This document shows positions 1-7,749 of a DNA stretch of 53,475 nt, piece by piece (positions within the stretch are counted from its first letter, which is position 1; every line of letters starts with the position of its first letter). Under the pieces are notes generated by a model, which had not been told where the DNA came from, did not search any database, and worked only from the letters and a program-made list of their open reading frames with translations. Origin of the DNA: a virus (Duplodnaviria > Caudoviricetes); IMG/VR virus record IMGVR_UViG_3300045801_000004, positions 1 to 53,475 of that record. The stretch is one strand, 5' to 3'. The translations under genes and the position numbers were made by a program.

Positions 1-216
1 AAGCGCCGCGAGAACGGCCGATGCGAGGGCAACAAGAAGTGGCTGACGGTGCCTGCGGCGCACGTAGACGCCGCCAGAGTGGCGCGAGCGCAGGGCCTGA
101 GCCTGCGAGCAGCAGCAGCAGCGATGGCCTCGCAGGGCTTCGTAGGCCCGTCCGGCCGCGCCTATGCGGCGCAGAGTGTTAAGGCGATGCTGATCAAGGC
201 GGATCGGGCCGGCTGA
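1..216 (+). CDS. Serine recombinase/resolvase family protein, C-terminal fragment (5' truncated)
   Basis: Frame 1 reads KRRENGRCEGNKKW...GLSLRAAAAAMASQGFVGPSGRAYAAQSVKAML..TGA, typical of the C-terminal DNA-binding part of small serine recombinases. Not in the ORF track. Confidence 0.65.
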   Translation, partial: KRRENGRCEGNKKWLTVPAAHVDAARVARAQGLSLRAAAAAMASQGFVGPSGRAYAAQSVKAMLIKADRAG

Positions 217-265
217 TGCGTGGCAGGTTTTTTGGGGTGGGGGAGCTCCCTTTTCGCCAAGATTT

Positions 266-384
266 GGGACCCGATGTACTGGTCCGTGCGCCCCACCAAT
301 AGGTATAGCAATTCCCAAACCTGTGGCACATTCGCAACAGAAAATGGGTCCCCCTGCCGGGTGGTCAGTGGAGAAATGGGTCCC
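266..384. repeat. GGGTCCC-core repeats in a non-coding gap
   Basis: AAATGGGTCCC at 342-352 and 374-384; inverted GGGACCC at 266-272. Confidence 0.55.
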
Positions 385-411
385 ATCTCAACATGGCCGT
401 AAAGTACAGTG

Positions 412-440
412 TTGCATTCCCAAGTAATGCACAATATAGT
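412..440 (+). promoter_or_regulatory. Sigma70-type promoter with overlapping inverted repeat; probably leaderless transcript
   Basis: TTGCAT(412-417)-17 bp-TATAGT(435-440). TGCATT...AATGCA inverted repeat at 413-431. ATG at 447 with no SD. Confidence 0.65.
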
Positions 441-446
441 GCAGTC

Positions 447-620
447 ATGGACAAAACAGCGAAATGCATTAGCGTGTATTGCGACGAAGTACTTTACTTG
501 TGGATACGTGACTTAGCCGAAGCTGAAGGCCGGTCAATGTCGCAGTGGGTTGCGCGCCGGCTGGACGCGGCTCGAGTGAAGTTGCAGACGCTGCCGCCGC
601 AGAAAGAGACACGGACATGA
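447..620 (+). CDS. Ribbon-helix-helix (CopG/Arc-like) DNA-binding protein
   Basis: ISVYCDEVLYLWIRDLAEAEGRSMSQWVARRL matches the RHH pattern. Confidence 0.75.
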   Translation: MDKTAKCISVYCDEVLYLWIRDLAEAEGRSMSQWVARRLDAARVKLQTLPPQKETRT

Positions 621-865
621 TCGCGATGTGGATTGGCATCGGCGTGGCGGCGTGCGCAGCGACGGGCTACGCCGGATATCGGTGGGGCTGGGAGCGCGGG
701 TTCGACGACGCGGAAGCGATTTGGAAGCGCTGCGCGGACAGTTTGGTTGATAGGCTGCACCGCGCGACGGATGCGTTGCGGGAGTCGGCAGATCGGGAGT
801 CTGCGACGCAGGCCTCGGCCCCGAAGGTCGGTGTCGGCGCGGCGACGCTGCGTGTGGGCGAGTGA
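617..865 (+). CDS. Hypothetical membrane-anchored protein
   Basis: ATGA overlap with the previous gene; N-terminal hydrophobic helix. Confidence 0.6.
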   Translation: MIAMWIGIGVAACAATGYAGYRWGWERGFDDAEAIWKRCADSLVDRLHRATDALRESADRESATQASAPKVGVGAATLRVGE

Positions 866-1038
866 GCGACAACGTAGTCCCCCTGATTGTGAAGCGCCCG
901 CCGCAAGGCTGGGTCTGCGGCTGCGGTGGCGAGACGTGGGTGCTACTTGCGGACGGCCGCTGCGTCTGCGACACCTGCCGCTGCGCGAGCGCAATGATCC
1001 GGGTATCACTGGTGGAGGAGCCGCCGCCAGCGGCGTGA
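862..1038 (+). CDS. Small zinc-ribbon protein (58 aa)
   Basis: GTGA overlap; reads VSDNVVPL..WVCGCGGETWVLLADGRCVCDTC. Below the ORF-track cutoff. Confidence 0.55.
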   Translation: MSDNVVPLIVKRPPQGWVCGCGGETWVLLADGRCVCDTCRCASAMIRVSLVEEPPPAA

Positions 1039-1044
1039 ATTGGC

Positions 1045-1305
1045 ATGGAAACCACCTTGCAAGAATTGATTGATAACGCTGCCAAGTTTGCAAGCGGCGT
1101 CGGCGAATGCCGATCATGCAAATATTGGGAAGAAGTGGATACGATATTTATAAAAGAAACTGGATCGCGACCGTGTGGTAATGAAAAATTTACTAGCATG
1201 ATTGAATCAACGCTGCCATTAGATTGCGCCGCCGTCGGATTTATTTTTACGCTGCCTAATTTCGGTTGCGTTCATTTTGAAATGATGCCAAGGAATTGCA
1301 CATGA
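1045..1305 (+). CDS. Hypothetical Cys-containing phage protein
   Basis: CRSCKYW...C...PNFGCVHF pattern common in small phage ORFs. Confidence 0.6.
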   Translation: METTLQELIDNAAKFASGVGECRSCKYWEEVDTIFIKETGSRPCGNEKFTSMIESTLPLDCAAVGFIFTLPNFGCVHFEMMPRNCT

Positions 1306-1490
1306 CCGACAACTACAAACCCACGGCGCACCTGCGCTGGGTCACCCGCGAGATCGAAGCCGGCGGACGCAAGGCGAGTCCGCGCACCGAACAGATCCTG
1401 CAACAATGGTGGGCACCTGACATGCCGGCGTACATGCAATCGGGCGATGGCGAATGGCGGGACGTGCCGTCGATGCCGGTGCAAGGATGA
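1302..1490 (+). CDS. Hypothetical protein
   Basis: ATGA overlap; LRWV...ILQQWW...GEWRDVP pattern. Confidence 0.65.
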   Translation: MTDNYKPTAHLRWVTREIEAGGRKASPRTEQILQQWWAPDMPAYMQSGDGEWRDVPSMPVQG

Positions 1491-1609
1491 CCTGCGCCGC
1501 GCCGATGGGCTGGCCGGAAGCCTGCGCAATTGTTGCGGGCGCAATTTGCGCCGCTGTGGCGGTGTGGGCGTTTTGCAAGTACGTGTTGAACGAGGTGGCG
1601 AAGCAATGA
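1487..1609 (+). CDS. Small membrane peptide (40 aa)
   Basis: ATGA overlaps at both ends; one hydrophobic helix. Confidence 0.45.
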   Translation: MTCAAPMGWPEACAIVAGAICAAVAVWAFCKYVLNEVAKQ

Positions 1610-1932
1610 CCGCGCAGGCCGTGCCGATGACCGTAGACGAAGCCCTCAAAGCCGCTGAAACGTATATGAGCACGATCAACGGCAGCATGGTTGATGTGTT
1701 GGCGCGCGAGGTTGTGCGGCTGCGGGCGATCGTCGCGCAGGCTCAGTACGTGTTGAACGGAAATCAGGCAGCAGCAGAGCCTTTGGGCTCTGACGAATCG
1801 GCTCCTACGCCCAAGGGGAGTTTGCCGAATAGCCTGGGCGTGAATCAGCGCGGCGTCGTTTGCGGTAGGACCGGACACAGTATTCCTGGTATATGCCCCG
1901 CGTGCGGCCAGAAGGTGAGCATGTGGTTCTGA
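1606..1932 (+). CDS. Hypothetical protein with C-terminal Cys motif
   Basis: GAGG SD, ATGA overlap, ends in C..H...CPACG. Confidence 0.55.
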   Translation: MTAQAVPMTVDEALKAAETYMSTINGSMVDVLAREVVRLRAIVAQAQYVLNGNQAAAEPLGSDESAPTPKGSLPNSLGVNQRGVVCGRTGHSIPGICPACGQKVSMWF

Positions 1933-2132
1933 TGACCGACGGCCGCCCCCAGCGCCACCCCGTCACGTTGCCGCTGCCGCTGCGTCTGCACGCTGAGCTC
2001 GCCGCCGAAGCCTGGGAGTCGAACCTGCCGCTGAATCGGTACATCATCGGGCTCCTGCAACGGCGCGGCAAGTGGGCGCGGATGGTTGGGCGCAATGGCG
2101 GGTATGATCTGATTGTGGGGAGGGATGAATAG
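1932..2132 (+). CDS. Arc/HicB-like ribbon-helix-helix protein
   Basis: VTLPLPLRLHAELAAEAWESNLPLNRYIIGLL; TGATG overlap. Confidence 0.65.
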   Translation: MTDGRPQRHPVTLPLPLRLHAELAAEAWESNLPLNRYIIGLLQRRGKWARMVGRNGGYDLIVGRDE

Positions 2133-2758
2133 TGGCCCGTAAGCGGCGCGACTACACCGACGAGGAATCCGACGCGCTGCCTGTTGCGCCCGTGAACGAC
2201 CGTGAGGTGATGGTCAACTGGTTCAAGACGCAGCTCGCCGAGATCGACTTGGAAACCAAGGCGCGCATTGAACGCCTGCGCACCGTGGGCGAACACCCGT
2301 CGCCGATGTTCCAGAACTTGGTGCAGCACCACGCCGCGATGGGCCTAACGCCGAAGCTGATCGCGAAGATGCTGCAAATCCCCTACTCAACGCTGATGCT
2401 GCACTACGACGAGGATATCGAAATCGGCGCGGCGTCCATGAACCTGAAGATCGCCGAAAATATGGCGCGCATTGCGACGTCCACGACCGACAAGGATGCC
2501 GCCAAGGTCGGCATGGCATGGCTTGAGCGGCGCGGTGGAGAGACGTGGCGGCAGACGAAGAAGTTGGAGATTGACGACAAGCGCGACAAGCCGCCGATTC
2601 TGGATTCAAGCAAGCTGTCGCCTGAGGAGCGCCAGCAATTGCGCGAAGTGATCGAAGCCGCGATCCGCTCCGGGCAGCAGATCACGCAAGATGATTCGAC
2701 GGATCTGGTGATTGGGGAGCCGGCGGATGACGAGGCGGACGAGAATGAACGCGAGTAA
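2132..2758 (+). CDS. terS: Putative terminase small subunit (HTH)
   Basis: HTH segment GLTPKLIAKMLQIPYSTLMLHY, then WLERRGG..W; lies upstream of TerL. Confidence 0.65.
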   Translation: MARKRRDYTDEESDALPVAPVNDREVMVNWFKTQLAEIDLETKARIERLRTVGEHPSPMFQNLVQHHAAMGLTPKLIAKMLQIPYSTLMLHYDEDIEIGAASMNLKIAENMARIATSTTDKDAAKVGMAWLERRGGETWRQTKKLEIDDKRDKPPILDSSKLSPEERQQLREVIEAAIRSGQQITQDDSTDLVIGEPADDEADENERE

Positions 2759-2777
2759 TTCAACCAAGGGGAACGCA

Positions 2778-3899
2778 ATGGCTGATGGCCACCATGAGAA
2801 TTGCGAATTGCGAGGCATGCACGCTTTCGCGGATTTTTTGCATACGCTAGATATTGAAGATCGTATTGAAATGCTAAACGCAGCACGCCGCATATTGCAT
2901 GCGGTAAGTCCGTTTCGGAATGAGCCTGTCGATTGTGTGCAGTGGATCAAATCCGAAAAAGTGACGGCGAATGATTACAATCCAAATTCGGTGGCGCCGC
3001 CGGAGATGAAGTTGTTGGAGCATTCCATTCAAGCGGATGGCTACACGCAACCAATCGTATCGTTTGCGCACAATGACACGCATGAAGTGATCGACGGATT
3101 CCACCGACATCGAGTAGGCAAAGAATCCGCAGTCGTTCGTGATCGCGTGCGCGGCTACTTGCCATTAGTGGTGATTAATTCGGCGCGTAGCGACCGCAGC
3201 GACCGCATCGCCGCCACCATTCGCCACAACCGCGCAAGAGGCAAGCATCAAGTTGAGGCCATGTCCGATATTGTGATTGAACTCAAGCGTCGCAATTGGT
3301 CGGATGAGCGCATTGGTCGGGAACTGGGCATGGACCCTGACGAAGTGCTGCGGCTTTGCCAGATTACGGGACTCTCAGAAGCCTTTGGGGATTCTGAATT
3401 TTCCCAAGCATGGGAGGTCGAAAAGACCGCATCCGCGCCGGAACTATTTTCCGATATTATCGAAGGTTATGAGCCAAACGATAAAGGCCGAATTTTTCAT
3501 ACTTGGGAAAAATGGGAGTGTTATCAGCACGGTTTTTATGCTGAAAACCCGCCAGGCACGATTGAGGAAGGCGAAGAAAATTACCGCGAATTTTTGGCAG
3601 ACTTGTCAAGGTTTGAAACCGCGCTCCAGGTTGTTACATCGGAATGGCAACACTCTTGCGAACATTACCTGACCAATGACCGTATGAATCGCATCGCATG
3701 GTTAGGGCAAGCAAGCGTTGCTCAATCTTTGCGGATTCCATCGGTGTGCCGGGGAGGGTATACAAAACTCACGGAAACTCAGCAGCGCGCAGCGGACGAA
3801 ATGGCGTTGAAATACTTGAACAAATGGTTGGCCGATACGGGTAGGGAAGTGGTCGCGTTGGAAGCAGCGTATGGCCGCACCGAAGTGGATCTGTACTAA
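2778..3899 (+). CDS. ibrB: IbrB/YbdM-like ParB/Sulfiredoxin protein fused to an extra C-terminal domain
   Basis: ANDYNPNSVAPPEMKLLEHSIQADGYTQPIV, IDGFHR, ATIRHNRARGKH. Start could alternatively be 2745. Confidence 0.9.
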   Translation: MADGHHENCELRGMHAFADFLHTLDIEDRIEMLNAARRILHAVSPFRNEPVDCVQWIKSEKVTANDYNPNSVAPPEMKLLEHSIQADGYTQPIVSFAHNDTHEVIDGFHRHRVGKESAVVRDRVRGYLPLVVINSARSDRSDRIAATIRHNRARGKHQVEAMSDIVIELKRRNWSDERIGRELGMDPDEVLRLCQITGLSEAFGDSEFSQAWEVEKTASAPELFSDIIEGYEPNDKGRIFHTWEKWECYQHGFYAENPPGTIEEGEENYREFLADLSRFETALQVVTSEWQHSCEHYLTNDRMNRIAWLGQASVAQSLRIPSVCRGGYTKLTETQQRAADEMALKYLNKWLADTGREVVALEAAYGRTEVDLY

Positions 3900-4096
3900 T
3901 GAACGCTGTCAAGGATCAGTTAGATAAGCTGATAGATCGGTATGAGCGTGAAAAAAAAGACGCGGGCAAAGAAATTGCTGTGGCGCTTACACCGCACGGC
4001 ATTTCAAAAGCATTGAATTTGCCGATGCCGCTTAGTAACGAACCGCAGGTATTCCGTTATCGCGGTCGGGTCATTTACTCTAGTTTGAAGAAATAA
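3899..4096 (+). CDS. Hypothetical protein
   Basis: TAATG coupling; fills the gap between ibrB and ibrA. Confidence 0.6.
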   Translation: MNAVKDQLDKLIDRYEREKKDAGKEIAVALTPHGISKALNLPMPLSNEPQVFRYRGRVIYSSLKK

Positions 4097-4098
4097 CC

Positions 4099-5319
4099 AT
4101 GTCAGCTATAAAAAAACCAATTGGCATTGACGTGCTTACGGCTGCTCGCAACCGCATCCGGTATGCGTTTGATCATTTCGAGAAGTTGTATGTCTCGTTT
4201 AGCGCCGGCAAAGATTCTAGCGTGATGATGCATCTTGTGATGGATGAGGCTGTGCGGCGTAATCGCAAAGTTGGCGTGTTGTTGATCGACCTTGAGGCGC
4301 AGTATCGCCTAACCATTGAGCATGCCGAAGAAATGATTGCGAAATACCGCGATCACATTGAGCTTTATTGGGTGTGCCTGCCGATCAAGTTGCGGAACTC
4401 GGTTAGCAACTATGAACCTGTTTGGTGCGCTTGGGACCCAGACCGCAAAGAGGATTGGGTTAGAAACCCGCCCAAAAACGCGATCACTGATCCCGCTTAC
4501 TTTGATTTCTTTCAACCGTGGATGGAGTTTGAAGAATTTATTGAGCTATTTGCGGAATGGTATTCGCAAGGAAAATCGACTGGGGCATTCATCGGCATTC
4601 GTACGGATGAATCCTTAAATCGGTTTCGCACTATTGCGATCTGGGACAAAGGAACGCACATGGACAAACGCTGGACGACTGAGGTCTGTTCGGGCGTGTA
4701 CAATGTGTATCCGATCTACGATTGGCATGTTGGCGATATTTGGCGGTATCACGCGCGGTATCCCGACAAGCCACACAATCAGGTTTATGACCGCATGCAT
4801 TTAGCCGGGGTCAGCCCGCATCAAATGCGCCTTTGTCAGCCGTATGGTGACGATCAGCGGCGCGGTCTGTGGCTATATCACCTGATTGAGCCGCAGACTT
4901 GGGGTAAAGTTGTGGCTAGAGTTAACGGTGCTAATTCTGGATCGTTATACATTGAAGAAACCGGAAACATCACCGGATACAACAAAGTTACTTTGCCTGC
5001 TGGACATACTTGGAAGTCGTTTTGTCAATTGTTGTTGGCAACAATGCCTGAAATTACTCGCAAGCATTATGTCGAACGGTTTGAAAATTGGATTCTTGGC
5101 TGGCATAAGCGTGGCTATCGAAATGGCATACCAGATTTTGCTCCGCGCGAATTAGAGAAAAAACCTTGGGTGCCGAGTTGGCGACGATTGTGCAAAGTTT
5201 TGCTTCGCAATGATTGGTGGTGCAAAGGGCTCGGAATGCAACAGCCAAAATCTGCGGCGTACGTAAAATATATGATCATCAAAAAACAGCGCAAAGAGGC
5301 TGCACTTGCAGAAGCCTAA
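4099..5319 (+). CDS. ibrA: IbrA/YbdN-like PAPS-reductase-fold (PP-loop) protein with DUF3440
   Basis: SFSAGKDS PP-loop, GIRTDESLNR, YPIYDW, RLCQPYGDDQRRGL, PSWRRLCKVLLRNDWWCKGL. Confidence 0.92.
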   Translation: MSAIKKPIGIDVLTAARNRIRYAFDHFEKLYVSFSAGKDSSVMMHLVMDEAVRRNRKVGVLLIDLEAQYRLTIEHAEEMIAKYRDHIELYWVCLPIKLRNSVSNYEPVWCAWDPDRKEDWVRNPPKNAITDPAYFDFFQPWMEFEEFIELFAEWYSQGKSTGAFIGIRTDESLNRFRTIAIWDKGTHMDKRWTTEVCSGVYNVYPIYDWHVGDIWRYHARYPDKPHNQVYDRMHLAGVSPHQMRLCQPYGDDQRRGLWLYHLIEPQTWGKVVARVNGANSGSLYIEETGNITGYNKVTLPAGHTWKSFCQLLLATMPEITRKHYVERFENWILGWHKRGYRNGIPDFAPRELEKKPWVPSWRRLCKVLLRNDWWCKGLGMQQPKSAAYVKYMIIKKQRKEAALAEA

Positions 5320-5632
5320 ATGCCGTTGCGGCAAAAACTGCCGCTGGTACAACGCGCACGCGGGGTATAGCGTCAGGTGCCGGGATTGCAACGCCGCCAA
5401 CGCTAATCGGCAGCGGGAAGCGCGACGGTTACGCAAACCCAATGCACCAAAAAGACTAGGGCGCCCGCCAAAAATGAACGCTCAGCAACTGGCGCAGATT
5501 GACCGCTGGTATGCGTCGAAAGTATCCAGCAAAGAGATGGCGCATAAAATGGGCATCGGCGTGAAGGCGCTGATGCGTTACGCGCGGCGCAATGGAATTG
5601 CCCGCGCTAGTGCGGCGCGGTATCCTCGTTAA
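5306..5632 (+). CDS. Cys-rich plus Hin/resolvase-type HTH DNA-binding protein
   Basis: CRC...CRDC, then GRPPK followed by an HTH (KEMAHKMGIGVKALMRY). Confidence 0.65.
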   Translation: MQKPKCRCGKNCRWYNAHAGYSVRCRDCNAANANRQREARRLRKPNAPKRLGRPPKMNAQQLAQIDRWYASKVSSKEMAHKMGIGVKALMRYARRNGIARASAARYPR

Positions 5633-7252
5633 GTGATTTCCACCAAAGACCTCGACCTACACCGACAGCTCATCGACATCGACCGCGCAGATTGCGAGGA
5701 GTCGCTGTACGTCTATTTGAAATCCGCTTGGCATGTATTTGATTCCGCGCCGTGGGTCGATGGCTGGGCGATTGATGTCATTGCGGAGCATTTGCAGGCG
5801 GTGGTGGATGGGGAGATCAGGCGGTTGATTATTAACATCCCGCCTAGATGTGCGAAGTCGGCTATGTGTAGCGTGGCGTTGACGGGCTGGACGTGGGCGC
5901 AGCGCAAACACACTCATACATCCGGCCCTGGCGTCTCGTTTCTGTATGCATCGTTCCGCGAGGATCTATCGCGCCGAGATTCGGTCGCGTGTCGGCGCAT
6001 TATTGAATCAAAGTGGTATCAGGATCGCTGGGGCGATCGTTTTCAATTATCCGACGACCAGAATACCAAATCGCGATTTAGTAATGACAAGGGCGGCTAT
6101 CGCCTAATTACTTCAGTAGAATCAAAGGGCGCGACAGGAGATGGAAGTTCGGTAATCGTCTGCGATGACGTTAATTCTGCCAAAGAAGTTGAGTCAGAAT
6201 TAGTCATCGCCTCCACGCTGGAATGGTTCGACGGTACGCTCGGCACGCGCTTGAACAATCAAAAACTCGGCGCTGTGATCAATATTCAACAGCGTTTGGG
6301 TGAAAACGATTTAACAGGGCACATCCTATCAAAGCAATCAGGCGAATGGGTCCATCTATGCTTGCCGATGGAATACGAGCCTGAACGATCTTACGTTAAC
6401 GCCTACGGATGGAAAGATCCGCGCACTGAGCCAGGCGAACTTTTATGGCCTGAGCGGTTTGGTCCCGATGAGGTTCGCGCGCTCAAAACTTGGATGGGAG
6501 ATTGGAGGTCTGCCGGGCAATTACAACAATCCCCGCAACCAAAAGGCGGCGGCATCATCAAGCGCGAGTGGTGGCAGTTGTGGGAACGCGATGCGTACCC
6601 GCCGATGGATTTCATTTTGGGCACGCTGGACACCGCGTACACGCTGGAACAGATGAACGATCCTTCCGGCATGATCGTGTGGGGAGTTTTCAGCGGCGAT
6701 CCGATTGGCACGACGGTGCGCGGATTTGATCGTGAAGGACGGCTTGCCTATCAAGATCGGCACTACTCCGAACCCGAAGCGCCGAAGGTGATGCTCGCGC
6801 ACGCGTGGACGGATCGCTATGAGTTCTACGAACTGATCAAAAAAACTGCCGATACGTGCATCAAATTGAAGGTTGATCTGCTGCTAATTGAAAACAAAGC
6901 GGCTGGCATCTCGGTCGCGCAAGAATTGCGCCGGTTATACGGCAACGAAAAATTCTCAGTTCAGTTGTTTGACCCAAAATCTCAGGACAAATTCGCGCGA
7001 TTGGTGTCGGTGCAGCACCTTTTCCAAGAAAAATTGGTTTACGCACCGGATCGCACTTGGGCGGAAGCCGTAATTACGCAAGTCGGGCAATTTCCGCGTT
7101 CCAAACATGACGAATTTGTTGATTTAACCTCCATGGGCTTACGCTATTTACGCGACCGAGGCCTGATTTCTCGGGCGGTGGAGCGCCGCGCGGAGATGGA
7201 TTCGTTAAAAATCTACCCGCGCGGACAAGATTTGCCTCTATACCCCGCTTGA
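5633..7252 (+). CDS. terL: Terminase large subunit
   Basis: Walker A variant NIPPRCAKS, Walker B VIVCDD, IQQR, nuclease motifs LDTA and HDEFVD. Confidence 0.96.
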   Translation: MISTKDLDLHRQLIDIDRADCEESLYVYLKSAWHVFDSAPWVDGWAIDVIAEHLQAVVDGEIRRLIINIPPRCAKSAMCSVALTGWTWAQRKHTHTSGPGVSFLYASFREDLSRRDSVACRRIIESKWYQDRWGDRFQLSDDQNTKSRFSNDKGGYRLITSVESKGATGDGSSVIVCDDVNSAKEVESELVIASTLEWFDGTLGTRLNNQKLGAVINIQQRLGENDLTGHILSKQSGEWVHLCLPMEYEPERSYVNAYGWKDPRTEPGELLWPERFGPDEVRALKTWMGDWRSAGQLQQSPQPKGGGIIKREWWQLWERDAYPPMDFILGTLDTAYTLEQMNDPSGMIVWGVFSGDPIGTTVRGFDREGRLAYQDRHYSEPEAPKVMLAHAWTDRYEFYELIKKTADTCIKLKVDLLLIENKAAGISVAQELRRLYGNEKFSVQLFDPKSQDKFARLVSVQHLFQEKLVYAPDRTWAEAVITQVGQFPRSKHDEFVDLTSMGLRYLRDRGLISRAVERRAEMDSLKIYPRGQDLPLYPA

Positions 7253-7258
7253 CGACGC

Positions 7259-7267
7259 TGTTAAGAT
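7259..7267 (+). promoter_or_regulatory. Extended -10 promoter, possibly leaderless
   Basis: TG-T-TAAGAT with ATG 6 nt downstream at 7274; no SD. Confidence 0.35.
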
Positions 7268-7273
7268 GTGTTT

Positions 7274-7519
7274 ATGGGCATCATAGACACGAATCTGAAT
7301 AGAGTACGCTGTCACGCGACGGTTGACCTCGTTTCGCGCCTCGCAGGCTCGTTCGTAAAGCCCAATTATCGGTTTTTGGTGACGGTTTGGGGCGAACCGC
7401 CGCATGCCATCACGCGCAAGTACGAGGTCATTTCGCACAGCGACGATGGTGCGGCGCATGTGGGCATCGAATTGTTCCAAACCGAAGTCAATCAGATCCC
7501 GTGGGCGATAGCGATATGA
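7274..7519 (+). CDS. Hypothetical protein
   Basis: ORF between terL and portal; start 7268 or 7274. Confidence 0.55.
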   Translation: MGIIDTNLNRVRCHATVDLVSRLAGSFVKPNYRFLVTVWGEPPHAITRKYEVISHSDDGAAHVGIELFQTEVNQIPWAIAI

Positions 7520-7749
7520 TCGAAGTCGTTGTTCCGCGCGCTACGATGATGGAATTCATGGATAGCACCGCATTCCATGCCTATTTGCGCGATAAATTCG
7601 TCGCCGCTGGCGTCCCCGTACTGAATGACGGCAGCTTTTCGCGCTTGGGCTCGTTTTTGATTGATGCCGACCCGCTTTTTTCGTTCGTGAAGTGGCGTTG
7701 GTACGAGGAATCCGAAGAAATCCCTGACATGGCGGAGTACGCGCATTGA
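7516..7749 (+). CDS. Hypothetical protein
   Basis: ATGA overlap; abuts portal. Confidence 0.6.
   Translation: MIEVVVPRATMMEFMDSTAFHAYLRDKFVAAGVPVLNDGSFSRLGSFLIDADPLFSFVKWRWYEESEEIPDMAEYAH

Noticed and set aside
3951-3958. A8 run as a frameshift or phase-variation site between ibrB and ibrA
   Set aside because: No stimulatory structure is evident, the ORF is intact and ibrA has its own start.
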